Below are positions 30,741 to 40,721 of a DNA stretch of 64,000 nt, one piece after another. Origin of the DNA: an uncultured Verrucomicrobiae bacterium (lineage in GTDB: Bacteria > Verrucomicrobiota > Verrucomicrobiia > Chthoniobacterales > Chthoniobacteraceae); contig CAWIKF010000002.1 in the NCBI GenBank assembly GCA_963836755.1, forward strand, positions 1,408,001 through 1,472,000. Reading direction: 5' to 3'. The position numbers and the translations under genes were made by a program. The notes beneath the pieces were generated by a model. It worked only from the letters and a program-made list of their open reading frames with translations. It ran no database searches and was not told where the DNA came from. How positions within the stretch are numbered: position 1 is the first letter of the stretch; each line of letters starts with the position of its first letter.

Positions 30741-31688
30741 TTAGAGCGCCGCAGTCGCGCCGGTGGAACCGAAGGCAAACTCCGGCATGCCGTAGCCGGC
30801 GTTGTAGATGCCGTAAGCCTGGTAGATGAACTTGTGGTTCAGCACCACATAGCTGTCGCCCGGCTGGTTCACCGCGACCAGGCGAGGCATGAATATGTTT
30901 TGCAACAGGAAAGGCCGCATCACGTAGCCGACCTCGAGGAGGAACCACATGTTCGGGTTTGCCGCGAGCTGCGGCCAGACCTTCAAGGTCGCATCGCCCT
31001 TGCGGGTGTTTGACACCGCAGCGGAGGCGATGTTCTCGGTGCCGGCGACGTTCTGCGCGGTTTGCGCGACGTAATCGGCCTGCAAGATTTGCTTGCCCAA
31101 GGTCTCGTTTTGCGGCGCGACCACCAGGATCAACTTGCGGCCCAGGTTCATCGGGCGGCCCTTCGCATTGAGGCGGCTCTTGATGTTCGTGCGTGCGGCA
31201 TCAAAACTCGCGGCACTCAACTTATAGGTCGCCTTGTTCGTAAACGGCGTGCCGTTTTGCAGCGGAAGATGGTTCGCATCGAAGAAGTTTTTGCCGGTGT
31301 AGCATGGGCTGGTGAAGCCGTTGATCATCAGATCAGCCATCAGCTCATCGGGATGCTGCGCGGCGACGTCGCCCATGGTGGCGAAGAGCGGCGCGTAGAG
31401 ACCGAGGCGGTCGGTCACGATGTCGAGCTCTTTGACTGCGATCGTGTTTTCCCACTCCTTGTTTTTGACGGTGAATCCGTTCGCCGAGAGGTTCTCGAGC
31501 TGGATTTCATCGACCAGTTCCTTCATGCCGCTGATCGCGCCCAGGAAGTCGTAAATCTCCTCCTTGTTCGTGCTCGGCACGGTGAGCGTGATGTCCTGGT
31601 ATTGTGGCGAGCCAGCCTGGTAGGCTTTCTCGTAAATAACGCGGAAACCACGGGTGAGGTTTGCGAGATTGGCTTGATTGATTTGCAT
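30741..31688 (-). CDS. Mu gpT-like major capsid protein
   Basis: VPSTNKEEIYDFLG, NK.WE.TI.V, CYTGKNFFDANH. Confidence 0.93.
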   Translation of the reverse strand: MQINQANLANLTRGFRVIYEKAYQAGSPQYQDITLTVPSTNKEEIYDFLGAISGMKELVDEIQLENLSANGFTVKNKEWENTIAVKELDIVTDRLGLYAPLFATMGDVAAQHPDELMADLMINGFTSPCYTGKNFFDANHLPLQNGTPFTNKATYKLSAASFDAARTNIKSRLNAKGRPMNLGRKLILVVAPQNETLGKQILQADYVAQTAQNVAGTENIASAAVSNTRKGDATLKVWPQLAANPNMWFLLEVGYVMRPFLLQNIFMPRLVAVNQPGDSYVVLNHKFIYQAYGIYNAGYGMPEFAFGSTGATAAL

Positions 31689-31734
31689 GATTTTTTAGGA
31701 GCTGCGGATTTGGAAAAAAGGTTGAAACGGTTGT

Positions 31735-32571
31735 TTACGTGAGCTTCGCGAGCATCGCGACCACGTCCGCCTGGAGCGCGTTGTATTTCGCCTTCAGGTC
31801 ATTCGCGAGCGCCTCGGAGGTTGCGAGATCGACCGCGGCGGCAGTGGTGCATTGCGCGCTGGTGGGCGTGTATTTGACCGAGCCGGCGACTGAGCGCGTG
31901 TCGATCCAGACGTTGCCTGTGACCGGGTCGATGTCGGTGATGCGGCCGGCCTTCACCTTGTTATTGGCGCCCACTTTGCAGACTGTCGAATCGTCCTCGA
32001 CGTAAGCCATGTTGCCGATGTCTGCCGCGGCGAGAGGATCGGTCGCGGAGTTGGTATAAAGAAAAATGCCGCGTGAGACCTGCACGTTGATCGTGCCGGC
32101 GATGCCAAGCGAATTGTCAGCATCCACCTCGCAACGACCGACGATGCGCAGACCCGCGGTGTCGCTTGCCGGCACGGCGTTGCCCGCCGCATTCCGCGCG
32201 ATCATGCCGCCGGGATAAAGATGCGTTGCCGCCTCCACCGGGATTGTGACTGTGTCGCCCGATCGCTGCTTCGCATCAAAGGGAGCAGTCAGCAGCGCGC
32301 CGATCGCGAGGCCGCCGGAAAGAAAGAGGTTCCAGAGATCAATCGATCGCGCATCGCCAGTTTTTGCGAGGGCGGCCGAGCGCAACACCGGGCGGTAGGC
32401 GAGATCGACACCGGCCGGAGCGAGCTGTGAAAGCTCGACGGCCGGCGTCGGGACCCCAACCAACGAAGTTTGTTTTTCAAGCTCGGCTTGTTTTGCATGC
32501 TGCGCACAACCCGTGAGGGCCGGCAGGAGGCACAAGGAGAGGCTTGCAATGAGGAAGCGGAAGTTTTTCAT
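31735..32571 (-). CDS. Capsid cement/decoration-like protein with lipoprotein signal
   Basis: Core PVEAATHLYPGG..GNAVPA..ADIGNMAYVEDDSTV between gpI and gpT; N-terminus ends LTGC. Confidence 0.7.
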   Translation of the reverse strand: MKNFRFLIASLSLCLLPALTGCAQHAKQAELEKQTSLVGVPTPAVELSQLAPAGVDLAYRPVLRSAALAKTGDARSIDLWNLFLSGGLAIGALLTAPFDAKQRSGDTVTIPVEAATHLYPGGMIARNAAGNAVPASDTAGLRIVGRCEVDADNSLGIAGTINVQVSRGIFLYTNSATDPLAAADIGNMAYVEDDSTVCKVGANNKVKAGRITDIDPVTGNVWIDTRSVAGSVKYTPTSAQCTTAAAVDLATSEALANDLKAKYNALQADVVAMLAKLT

Positions 32572-32634
32572 AAGTTTGATTGCTGCGGTTTTTTCGAAAA
32601 GTTCGGGAGCTGGGTTTTAAGATCGGAAAAAGCG

Positions 32635-33648
32635 CTATTTGGTTTTGTCGAAATCCGCCTTTTGGATGCCGAGCAATTGGCAGACTTGCGCCGCGCCGGT
32701 GTCGCCCGGATTGGCCACGGAGAATGCCTGGACGTTTTCCGGCGTGCGCTGTTCCACCGGCACGGTGCCGGCGGGCAGCTCCGAGACGAGCTTGCGGAAG
32801 GCTTCCACGGGGAGGCTCTTCGCGGAAAGCGGGATCACTTTTCCTTCACGCAGCGCATCGGCCTCGATGCTCTCGCGCTCGACTTTTTCAAAGGAAGCGG
32901 TGAGCGCGGTAAGCCTCTCGGCGAGAGGCTTGATGGCCATTGCGATCGCCTTGCCCATTTCGCCGTCGCCAGTTGCGGTCGCGTCGCTTTTCTTCGCAAG
33001 CGTTTCGGCGGCGGTTTGGATGTCGGAATCCTCGGAATTGGGATCAATGCCGAGGAGGGTGCAGAGGAGTTTTTTGTAGTCCATGGTTTTTGCTTGAGAG
33101 ACGACCGCCGTGTGTTTGGCGGAAAGTGGTTTTAAAAAATCAGCGCTTAGAAAAGTGAGGCCCCGCACCTCGCCTTGCGGGCAGAGCGCCACCGAGTGCA
33201 GGAAAGTAACTTCGCCGTTTTCATCCAGGAGCGGCGTGGGCGAGAGGTCGCTATATTCGCGCGCATGCTCGGTGCCGCTGGGCGTGTAGCTGAGCGCATC
33301 GACAAAAAGCCCTTCGCCTTCGATCACGATCGGCGCGCCGTAGCCTGCGACCTTGCGCGGGTTGGGCTGAAAGTTGGGATGGCCGGGAAGCGAGTTGTGA
33401 TCGTAGTCGAGCGCGATGCGGTCGAAGCCAAACTTCGCCTGGTTGGCCGCGAGGCTCTTGAGGGTGTTCGGCCCCACTTTCACGATCCCCTTGGTCGCCG
33501 TTTCATTGTCGCCCCAGTTGAGCAGCTTGAGCCGCGTCGGGAGCTGGTTGCCTTTGAGCGCCTCGTTTTGGATCGCCTGCAAAGCGACCAGCCCTTGCGG
33601 GACAGACGCCGCGTGCAGGGCGAGCAAAGTGAACGCGTTCAAAATCAT
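32635..33648 (-). CDS. Mu gpI-like prohead protease/scaffold
   Basis: IALDYDH, EY..LSP, LHSVALC; in-frame internal ATG 33084 resembles the Mu Z scaffold start. Confidence 0.88.
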   Translation of the reverse strand: MILNAFTLLALHAASVPQGLVALQAIQNEALKGNQLPTRLKLLNWGDNETATKGIVKVGPNTLKSLAANQAKFGFDRIALDYDHNSLPGHPNFQPNPRKVAGYGAPIVIEGEGLFVDALSYTPSGTEHAREYSDLSPTPLLDENGEVTFLHSVALCPQGEVRGLTFLSADFLKPLSAKHTAVVSQAKTMDYKKLLCTLLGIDPNSEDSDIQTAAETLAKKSDATATGDGEMGKAIAMAIKPLAERLTALTASFEKVERESIEADALREGKVIPLSAKSLPVEAFRKLVSELPAGTVPVEQRTPENVQAFSVANPGDTGAAQVCQLLGIQKADFDKTK

Positions 33649-33751
33649 TGAGCGGCGAGTAAAGCGCGGCTCCGCGTGAAGGTCTAAAGACGCTGCGAAC
33701 GCTGCAAAGAGCTTGCTTGACAGCATCGCCGAATATGGCGATCCTCGGGGA

Positions 33752-34495
33752 ATGTCTTACGATGGAGGCAAAGCCGGCGCGGGCGTTTACCAGGCGCTCA
33801 TCAACCTGATGCCGGCGCACGATCTTTATGTGGAGCCCTTTCTCGGCGCCGGAGCGCTGTTGCGCAAAAAACTTCCCGCGAAAAAAAACATCGGCGTCGA
33901 GCGCGATCCTGATGTTTTACAAATGTGGCGAGGCGATGAAATCCCGAACCTCACTTTGATCGGAGGCGATGCGTTTGAATGGTTGCGCGCGGCCTCGCCA
34001 AAAACGGCGAGAGGATCCCGCATCGCAAAGAATGGCGATGCGGGCCCCAGCGTTTTTTCAGAGGCACGCACGCTCATTTATTGCGACCCGCCTTATGTCA
34101 CGAGCACGCGGAGCTGCTCGCATCGCCCTTTGTATCGATGCCAGTTGAGCGATCGCGATCACGCCGAGCTGCTCGGCATTTTAAAAACGATGCGCTGCGC
34201 CGTGATGATTTCAGGCTATCGCTGCGCGCTTTACAACCGCCTGCTTGCGGACTGGCGCATGGAAAGTTTCTGGACCACCAACCGCGCCGGCCGCCGCGTG
34301 CAGGAATTTGTCTGGATGAATTTTCCGCCGCCGCGCGAGCTGCACGATTATCGTTTTCTCGGGACAAACTTCCGCGAGCGCGAGCGGATCAAGCGGCAGC
34401 AAAAACGCTGGCGCAATCGGCTCGCGAAAATGCCGGCGCTGGAAAGGCTCGCGTTGATGAACGCCATCGCGGAGATTCACTGCCATGAAAGTTGA
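33752..34495 (+). CDS. DNA adenine methyltransferase (D12-like)
   Basis: Y.GGK, YVEPFLGAGA, YCDPPY, MISGY. Confidence 0.9.
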   Translation: MSYDGGKAGAGVYQALINLMPAHDLYVEPFLGAGALLRKKLPAKKNIGVERDPDVLQMWRGDEIPNLTLIGGDAFEWLRAASPKTARGSRIAKNGDAGPSVFSEARTLIYCDPPYVTSTRSCSHRPLYRCQLSDRDHAELLGILKTMRCAVMISGYRCALYNRLLADWRMESFWTTNRAGRRVQEFVWMNFPPPRELHDYRFLGTNFRERERIKRQQKRWRNRLAKMPALERLALMNAIAEIHCHES

Positions 34496-34697
34496 AATTC
34501 AACATAAAAACTTGGGATTTCTAGAAATCGACGCAAGCGGTATCGACGTGAACGAGGGCGTGGTTGTTTTGCGAGACGTTAACAAGGTCATCATCGCCAT
34601 TTTTCCCATCAGTGAATTGCACGCTGTGCAGGTTCCGGATTTGATCGTATCGAAAAAAACACGAGACGAAGAGGAGGAAGAGGAAAACGCTGTTTAA
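34485..34697 (+). CDS. Small hypothetical protein
   Basis: AT-rich 70-aa ORF overlapping the methylase end. Confidence 0.55.
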   Translation: MKVEIQHKNLGFLEIDASGIDVNEGVVVLRDVNKVIIAIFPISELHAVQVPDLIVSKKTRDEEEEEENAV

Positions 34698-34706
34698 ATC
34701 GAATTT

Positions 34707-34895
34707 ATGAAAATCAAAATTTTTTGCGACACCAGCGTTCCCGATCTTGAGAAAGAGGTGAATCAATGGCTTTTGAAAAACAACGTGGAGATTCACAAGA
34801 TATTGCAAAGCGAATCATCCGGTGGTGCTTTTTCGATGACGATCACAATCGTCTATCGGGAGCGCAACTCGAAAGCGCTCGCAACGCTGGTCTAG
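34707..34895 (+). CDS. Small hypothetical protein
   Basis: 62 aa, IKIF...LEKEVNQWL pattern. Confidence 0.6.
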   Translation: MKIKIFCDTSVPDLEKEVNQWLLKNNVEIHKILQSESSGGAFSMTITIVYRERNSKALATLV

Positions 34896-35332
34896 CGGCT
34901 CGTAATCGCGCGTAGCTTGGCCATCGCCACGGCGCGGATTTTTTGTTTCGCGATCGGCGTCATCTGCGACTGGCCGATGAACGGAAAAAACGGCCGCGCA
35001 GGAATGCCGGAGCCGCGACCGCTGGTTTTGCGGCTGCCGAGTTGCTGGATCGCCGCATAGACGCGATCGCTGCCGACTGTGACGCTTTCGTTTGAGAGCG
35101 CGGAGATGCTGATAGATTGCCAGAGCGCGCCGCTCTTGCGCAGGAGCCGGTGTGGCGCCGGTTTCTTGCGCGGAGGCCACGGCCGCGCTCGCAGGCTTTC
35201 ATCAGAAAATGCACGCTTGGTGATCGACACCAATTCCAAGCCCATCGCCTCCAGGATTGGCTTCTTGTCTTTCACTCCGCGCGCCGCGTTCGCGAGACCG
35301 GGCGTGATCCGATCGTGAAATTGAAAACTCAT
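34892..35332 (-). CDS. Mu gpG-like virion morphogenesis protein
   Basis: L.KSG.L..SI, VGSDRVYAAIQQLG, IPARPF. Confidence 0.9.
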   Translation of the reverse strand: MSFQFHDRITPGLANAARGVKDKKPILEAMGLELVSITKRAFSDESLRARPWPPRKKPAPHRLLRKSGALWQSISISALSNESVTVGSDRVYAAIQQLGSRKTSGRGSGIPARPFFPFIGQSQMTPIAKQKIRAVAMAKLRAITSR

Positions 35333-35640
35333 TGCCAGGGCGATTGACCCGCCAGCGCCTGCACAGGCTCGCCTTCGACTCGCGCACACTCGACCGGATC
35401 GCCGGCGCGAATGAGGCCGCTGTATTCGAATTTCAGCGCGTCCAGGAACGGACGCCCGGCGTCCGCGTAAATCGGCTCGCCACGTGGCGGCTGCGCGATC
35501 CCGAAGGTAAGCTCCTCGCTAACGACAGCATCATCGCATGTCACGCCCGTTTCCTCCGACCAATAGACGGTCGCGATCCGCTCCGGTTTGTCGCCGGCAT
35601 AGCTTGTGATCTCGACTTTGAATTTAGTGGACATCGCCAT
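35329..35640 (-). CDS. Small acidic protein, candidate immunity protein
   Basis: Overlaps the stop of the MuF-kinase gene, inserted between F and G. Confidence 0.55.
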   Translation of the reverse strand: MAMSTKFKVEITSYAGDKPERIATVYWSEETGVTCDDAVVSEELTFGIAQPPRGEPIYADAGRPFLDALKFEYSGLIRAGDPVECARVEGEPVQALAGQSPWQ

Positions 35641-37213
35641 ACGTGCCGCGTTGCAGGAGCCCGCGCACTCGTTTAAACATCTGATCCATCGCCTCGGGCT
35701 CTATCAACCCATTCAATTTACCACGGATCTCATTTTCGGCACGAGCAAATACTTCCAGCCTGGTGCGGTTCCCGGCGCTGATCTTTCGTCCCTCCAGCGG
35801 CCCGCCAAAGCGTTTGTTGGTCCGGGTAGTGGAAAGGCAGAGCCCATTGTCAATGCACGCAAGCTTTCGCTCACCGCCCACCTTCCGGTGCATGATGTTT
35901 CCGGGATGCCGGTCGAGGTGGCAAAGCACATCATCAAGGAGCTGCCATTTATGCTTGGTCTCCAATGGCAGCTCACCCAGCACCACGTGCAGCTTTTGCT
36001 CCAAGGTTTTAAAGCCTTTCTGGAAAAGTTGTGCGCTGCCGATCTTGTCCTGGTGCGTGATGATTTCAGTGGGAGGCACTAGATCGGTGCCAAGGTATTC
36101 GTCGATGATCGATGCGGCTTTTTCACGCAGGTATTGCGTGCCCGGTGCGACACCTTCGCGCAGATAAGTCGGATACTCTCCTTCCAGCGATTTGAAGACG
36201 ACGTTTACGCCATTCTCTAATTTTTGCGTGTCGTTTACGCCGCCGCCGAGATTCGTGGTTTTGGTAAAAACCGCTTCCGCAATTTTTCTCCGCGCGATCT
36301 GCGCTTCATGCGTGGCGACCGCGGGAATTGGAAATGAGACAGGGCTCCCGCCGAGCCAATCCCAAATCGACACGCCGAGCTCCGGCAGCACGAGCCGCTT
36401 TGCCCATTGCTCAAACTCGTGGAAAGTCTCCATCCCGCCTTGTCCCTTCGCGAGATATTGCGCACGCAAGAGATCTAGTGACATCCGCATATCGCCGGGG
36501 TGCCAGGCGAACGCGCCTTCCTTCCCGCGCTCGGCATCGGAGCTCACGTTGTAGGCCACGCCGTTGCGCACCAGCCGGCGCGTGCTGGTGAGCTCGCGCT
36601 GCGCGTGCTCGTTTAAAATCAGCTTGTGATCGCTCGAGCGTTTTTCATCCGCTTTTTGGATGTCTTCGTAGTCATCCTGCGAGATCGGGATGGCCTGGCA
36701 GCGGCAGCCCCATTCCCAAGGCGGGAAATGGCTTTTCCAAAACTCGTGATCGCACGGGAGCACAATCCCATCGAGCGCGGCATGCGTGGGCCGCACCCGC
36801 GCGTCTTCCATGCTCTTGTATTGCCAGAAAGGGAAAACGTCCCGCTGGCGGTCCATCACATCATAGGCGCTTGCCTGATAGGCTTGGAATCCGTGCGTGC
36901 GCAACAGCAGCTCAGCGCGCGTTTCCGCCGCGTGCGTGTTATCGGGGTTTTCCTCATCCGTGCGCAAAAAAGGATGGAGTTTTTGCACCAGGTCTTTTTT
37001 AGCCTCTTCCCACGGCACTCCGGCCGGCAGCGCCGCGATCCCATCGCGGATGGATTGGAGGACGCCCATGTCTTCCACGCCCTTGATCGCAAACGCCCGC
37101 GCCTTGAGCTCCGGAAGCAGCCGGTCAAAAACCTGACGTGAGACGAGCGGCTTGTTTTTGAGGAAATCGATCGCCGCCTGGTGCGGCGTGGGACCGAAGA
37201 GAAATTCCGGCAT
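35624..37213 (-). CDS. MuF head protein with C-terminal kinase-like domain
   Basis: D.RVRPTHAALDG..FW..HFPP..WGCRC; then LGGGVN, VVFK, REKAA, DRHPGN, IDNG. Confidence 0.88.
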   Translation of the reverse strand: MPEFLFGPTPHQAAIDFLKNKPLVSRQVFDRLLPELKARAFAIKGVEDMGVLQSIRDGIAALPAGVPWEEAKKDLVQKLHPFLRTDEENPDNTHAAETRAELLLRTHGFQAYQASAYDVMDRQRDVFPFWQYKSMEDARVRPTHAALDGIVLPCDHEFWKSHFPPWEWGCRCQAIPISQDDYEDIQKADEKRSSDHKLILNEHAQRELTSTRRLVRNGVAYNVSSDAERGKEGAFAWHPGDMRMSLDLLRAQYLAKGQGGMETFHEFEQWAKRLVLPELGVSIWDWLGGSPVSFPIPAVATHEAQIARRKIAEAVFTKTTNLGGGVNDTQKLENGVNVVFKSLEGEYPTYLREGVAPGTQYLREKAASIIDEYLGTDLVPPTEIITHQDKIGSAQLFQKGFKTLEQKLHVVLGELPLETKHKWQLLDDVLCHLDRHPGNIMHRKVGGERKLACIDNGLCLSTTRTNKRFGGPLEGRKISAGNRTRLEVFARAENEIRGKLNGLIEPEAMDQMFKRVRGLLQRGTYGDVH

Positions 37214-37228
37214 TTGCCCCCGCGCCGG

Positions 37229-37624
37229 TTAAATCGCCTCCATGTAGCGCCGCAGGTTTTTCCCGCTCCAGAACTCGGGATCGGCCCGCACGGCGGCGAC
37301 GTGCTGAAAGTAACTTTGCAGGCAAAACGCATACTGCCCAGGCGTGCGCTGCTCGCTTTTCACGAAACCCGCCCGCATCAGCCGGCGCAGCGAATCGTAG
37401 CTGATGCCGAGCCCCAGCTCCTCAGTGATGTTGGCCTTGAGGCGCACCATTTTATCGTGCAGGCGGATCACCGGGCGGTAGCTCCCATCGGCCTGCGGCG
37501 CCCATTCGAATACGCCGAGCTTTGCGGGGAGCGGGATGTGTTCCGGCCACGGGACGGTGGGAGCGTCGGGCGTGACCGTCACTTTAATGCCGGGTGGATA
37601 AACAGGGACGGCGATTTGGGGCAT
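37229..37624 (-). CDS. Putative winged-HTH protein, candidate late activator
   Basis: LGLGISYDSLRRLMRAGFVKS; last gene of the early cluster. Confidence 0.45.
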   Translation of the reverse strand: MPQIAVPVYPPGIKVTVTPDAPTVPWPEHIPLPAKLGVFEWAPQADGSYRPVIRLHDKMVRLKANITEELGLGISYDSLRRLMRAGFVKSEQRTPGQYAFCLQSYFQHVAAVRADPEFWSGKNLRRYMEAI

Positions 37625-37703
37625 GCTTGAAAAAAGCCGGCGCGACAATGGCAGATTCGCCACAAACTTCAAATCCCGCGCCCGCACGGTTGGCAGCGTT
37701 TGA

Positions 37704-38546
37704 CTACGGGAGCGGCCGGTAGCTTGTGGACCGGCTAAACTCCACGTAGCTCGGCAGCATTTTCGCGAGCGGCCTCGCCGCGTTTTGGATTTGCGAAAGC
37801 ACCTCGGGATTGTCTTTGCCGAAATGTTCCGCCGCAAAATGGAGGCTCAGGAAAGCGACGCAGAGGCTACCATGCGCGCGGCGCAGTTCGGAGAGCTCGC
37901 GCCGGCGGGCATCGCCTTTTGGATCGAGGAGGTTCATTTGCCGAGATGGCGGCGCAGGTTCAAGGCTTCGGCGCGCGCCGATGTCGAATTTTTGAAGCTC
38001 ATGTTTTTTCGTTGCTTCCATGCCATCGCCTTTTTCCGACTGCGTTCCGCGCGACACCAATCAACTGCACTCTCGATCGATTGTGGAACCACGCGTCGGG
38101 TGGCATAAAAGCCGTCGTCGCTCACGTCGAAATAGCGTTCCAGCATCCGCCGGGTATTGGCAGGAAGTGCGTCGTAGTTCTTCATTTGCCGAGACGGAGC
38201 TCCGCCACCATGAAGCGCCTGGCAAAAGCCTCCCAGCACAACGCGCGGCCGGTGTGGAGCGCGAGCTTGAAGCCGGTGATCTGCTCGTAAGCGGCGTGGT
38301 GTTCGCGCGGGGTGCTCACAAGATTTTCCACCCCCACTTTTTTAGAGTTTCCATCGATTCGCGCGCCTCGCAAAACCAGACGGAGAAACATTCGTCGGCT
38401 CTCCAGTAAACCTCTTCGACCTCGCGATAATTTCCATCCACGTCGATTTTGATTCCCGGCACGGGCGCAAAAGGAAGGCTTCCGTCAATGGCTAAGGGAA
38501 TCTCCGCCTCAGTTTGAACGATGAACTTTACCGTGAACTCCTTCAC
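37704..38546 (-). other. Run of small early/middle hypothetical ORFs
   Basis: Overlapping short minus-strand ORFs; starts uncertain. Confidence 0.45.
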
Positions 38547-38869
38547 AATTTGAGCTCCGGTTGATAGCTACCGTGGATCGCGGCCTCGCGGCGCTCGTCA
38601 AACAACGCGCGAGCCTCGTCTTCGCTCAGCGCCTGGTAAACGCCTTCGTGCCCGCGGTTTTCCTCATCGACCAGCCGCACAAACCCGAGCTGCACCAGCT
38701 CCGTTGTGCGCGGGCGAACCTGCAAGAGATCGATGTGGGCGCGCGTGGCCAACTCTCGCGTTGTGCCAGGACCATGGATTTTCCATGCGTGCCAAACCAA
38801 ACGCCGCATCGCCGGCATCCGCTCCTGCAAATCCTCCCACGTCGCGTTGCGATAGTCGATCGGGGTCAT
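38543..38869 (-). CDS. Winged-HTH protein
   Basis: GPGTTRELA...VRPRTTELVQLGFV. Confidence 0.7.
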   Translation of the reverse strand: MTPIDYRNATWEDLQERMPAMRRLVWHAWKIHGPGTTRELATRAHIDLLQVRPRTTELVQLGFVRLVDEENRGHEGVYQALSEDEARALFDERREAAIHGSYQPELKL

Positions 38870-39181
38870 GAAAACGGGCAGTGAAGGTCGGGATCGCCGT
38901 AAGCGCCGGTGTATTGCGCGCGTGTGAGTGGCCGCACCGCGACCACGCGGATGAAGCGGCGGACATTTTTTGCACGGCGACGGGCGGTGGTTTCGCCGCC
39001 CTTGTAGTGGAGCGCTTTTTGGAGCGTGCCGATCATCGTCCCGTCGCTCACCTCGATCATCACGTCACACCCAAAAACCGGCGCGCTGAGTTTCACCTCG
39101 CGCAGTGGCCATCCGCATTTTTCGCAGCGTGGGCTCCCCTCGAAATCGAGCCGGTGACACACTTTGCATTCCATCGCCGTT

Positions 39182-39628
39182 TCACACATGGCTTTTCTCC
39201 CATTCCCAAATCCGCTGCCCGCCTTTCGCCGGCGCCGGCGTCGCAAGCGGCGTGATGTTTTTAAAATGCCAGGCGAAACGGCCGGGCGAGAAATCACCAA
39301 AACAAAACTGCGTCGCAAAATCGGGAGCCTGGAAATTGCCGGGCAGCTCGAGCTGGCGCGCATCACCGATCAACTCCTCCACCGGATAGATCGCCACCAG
39401 CTCCACCGTGCAAAGCACGCACCCGCGCGGCAGATCGGGATCGCACCTGTGCAGGCCCCAGCGAAACGCCGGCGTCGCGGCCAGCTCGCGAGCGGCGCGC
39501 GGATATGCCTTTGCCGCGTGGATCGCGAGCGGCCCGCGGTAATCGATCTGCCAGGAGCGCGTTTCCAGCCACTTTATTTTCGCGGTGACGAGCGAGGCCC
39601 AAGGCTGCCAGAGCGTGAGCGCTTTCAT
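39182..39628 (-). CDS. ASCH domain protein
   Basis: MKALTLWQPWASL..K..ETRSW...YRGPLAIHA. Confidence 0.9.
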   Translation of the reverse strand: MKALTLWQPWASLVTAKIKWLETRSWQIDYRGPLAIHAAKAYPRAARELAATPAFRWGLHRCDPDLPRGCVLCTVELVAIYPVEELIGDARQLELPGNFQAPDFATQFCFGDFSPGRFAWHFKNITPLATPAPAKGGQRIWEWEKSHV

Positions 39629-39974
39629 GTGGCCGACGTCTCCAAATGCGAAAACATTTTCGTATTTGCCTCGGGAAAAACTTCTTGCCCAATGAGAAAC
39701 CGGCGGTAGCGCTCCGGAGCCACCTTGAAAAGTGGCCTCGAAAAAAGACTCAAAACAGGCGCCGCGTTGACATCGCGGCGACGGGATATGCGCAAACGCA
39801 AATCCTCATCCAAGCGCCGGGACGTTCGGCAAAAGCCACGGAAGCCTTTCGTCAAAGACTGGAAGCAGGCCCGCGAGATAATCACCTTCGCGCTGGCTTT
39901 TGCGAAAGTGATCGCCTTTCTTCTCGGTTTGCGGCCGTGACGGGTCGCTACGCGGAATTGGCACGTCTGTGTTC

Positions 39975-40721
39975 TCATCCGCACAAAGCCAGCGGCGCGA
40001 CGGCTCCGCTATTGTTTAACGGTGTATTGATGCGCGTATCCTGTCCGCGCTCAAATCCGCTCATGAGCGCAGTTTTATTCTGCCGGCCACAGTCGAGCTT
40101 TTTCGGCTTTCCCATGTTCGGAATCAGGAGGTTGAGATAAGTCTTTCGCCGCGCTGACTCCGCGAGCACCAAGGCGGTTTTTGAATCGTCCAGCACCACC
40201 TCTTTTTCGACCTCGCGAAGCTGTTGGGTGAGACCGTAGATGAAGCCCTGAATGAATTGCTTGCGCTTGCCGCTGCTCATCTTTCGACGCGCCTTGCGCT
40301 CCGCTTTTTCAAAATCGCGAAGCTCCATTTTCCCCGCGCGCACAATGAACTCGAAAGAATAGTGCGCGATCATCACATCGGTTGCCCGTCCGACGAAGAC
40401 AAAGCGCGGGTAGGAAATGCAGGCTTCCACTCGAAAGAAGTGCGTCACCACATTGAGAGCGCGCGCTTGGAGGAAACTAATGCGTTTGCCCAAATGGAAC
40501 CACTCGTGAGCGAGCTTCTCGCTTTCCTCGTCGAGGTTCAGCGCGTCGAGGTCGACCCGATATTTTTGCGCAAGCCGAAATGCGCGCTCGAGTGCGAGCT
40601 CGGCTTCGTGGCGATTGGAGCTCTTTCCCAGGCGAAGCAGCTTTTTGATTTTCTCCGCGATGTCCGCCGGCGCTTGTTCGGAGGCCGGTTTCGCATCAAA
40701 ATTAAATTCTGCCTGGCTCAT
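39975..40721 (-). CDS. DUF2786-like protein
   Basis: EKIKKLLRLGKSSNRHEAELA. Confidence 0.8.
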   Translation of the reverse strand: MSQAEFNFDAKPASEQAPADIAEKIKKLLRLGKSSNRHEAELALERAFRLAQKYRVDLDALNLDEESEKLAHEWFHLGKRISFLQARALNVVTHFFRVEACISYPRFVFVGRATDVMIAHYSFEFIVRAGKMELRDFEKAERKARRKMSSGKRKQFIQGFIYGLTQQLREVEKEVVLDDSKTALVLAESARRKTYLNLLIPNMGKPKKLDCGRQNKTALMSGFERGQDTRINTPLNNSGAVAPLALCG

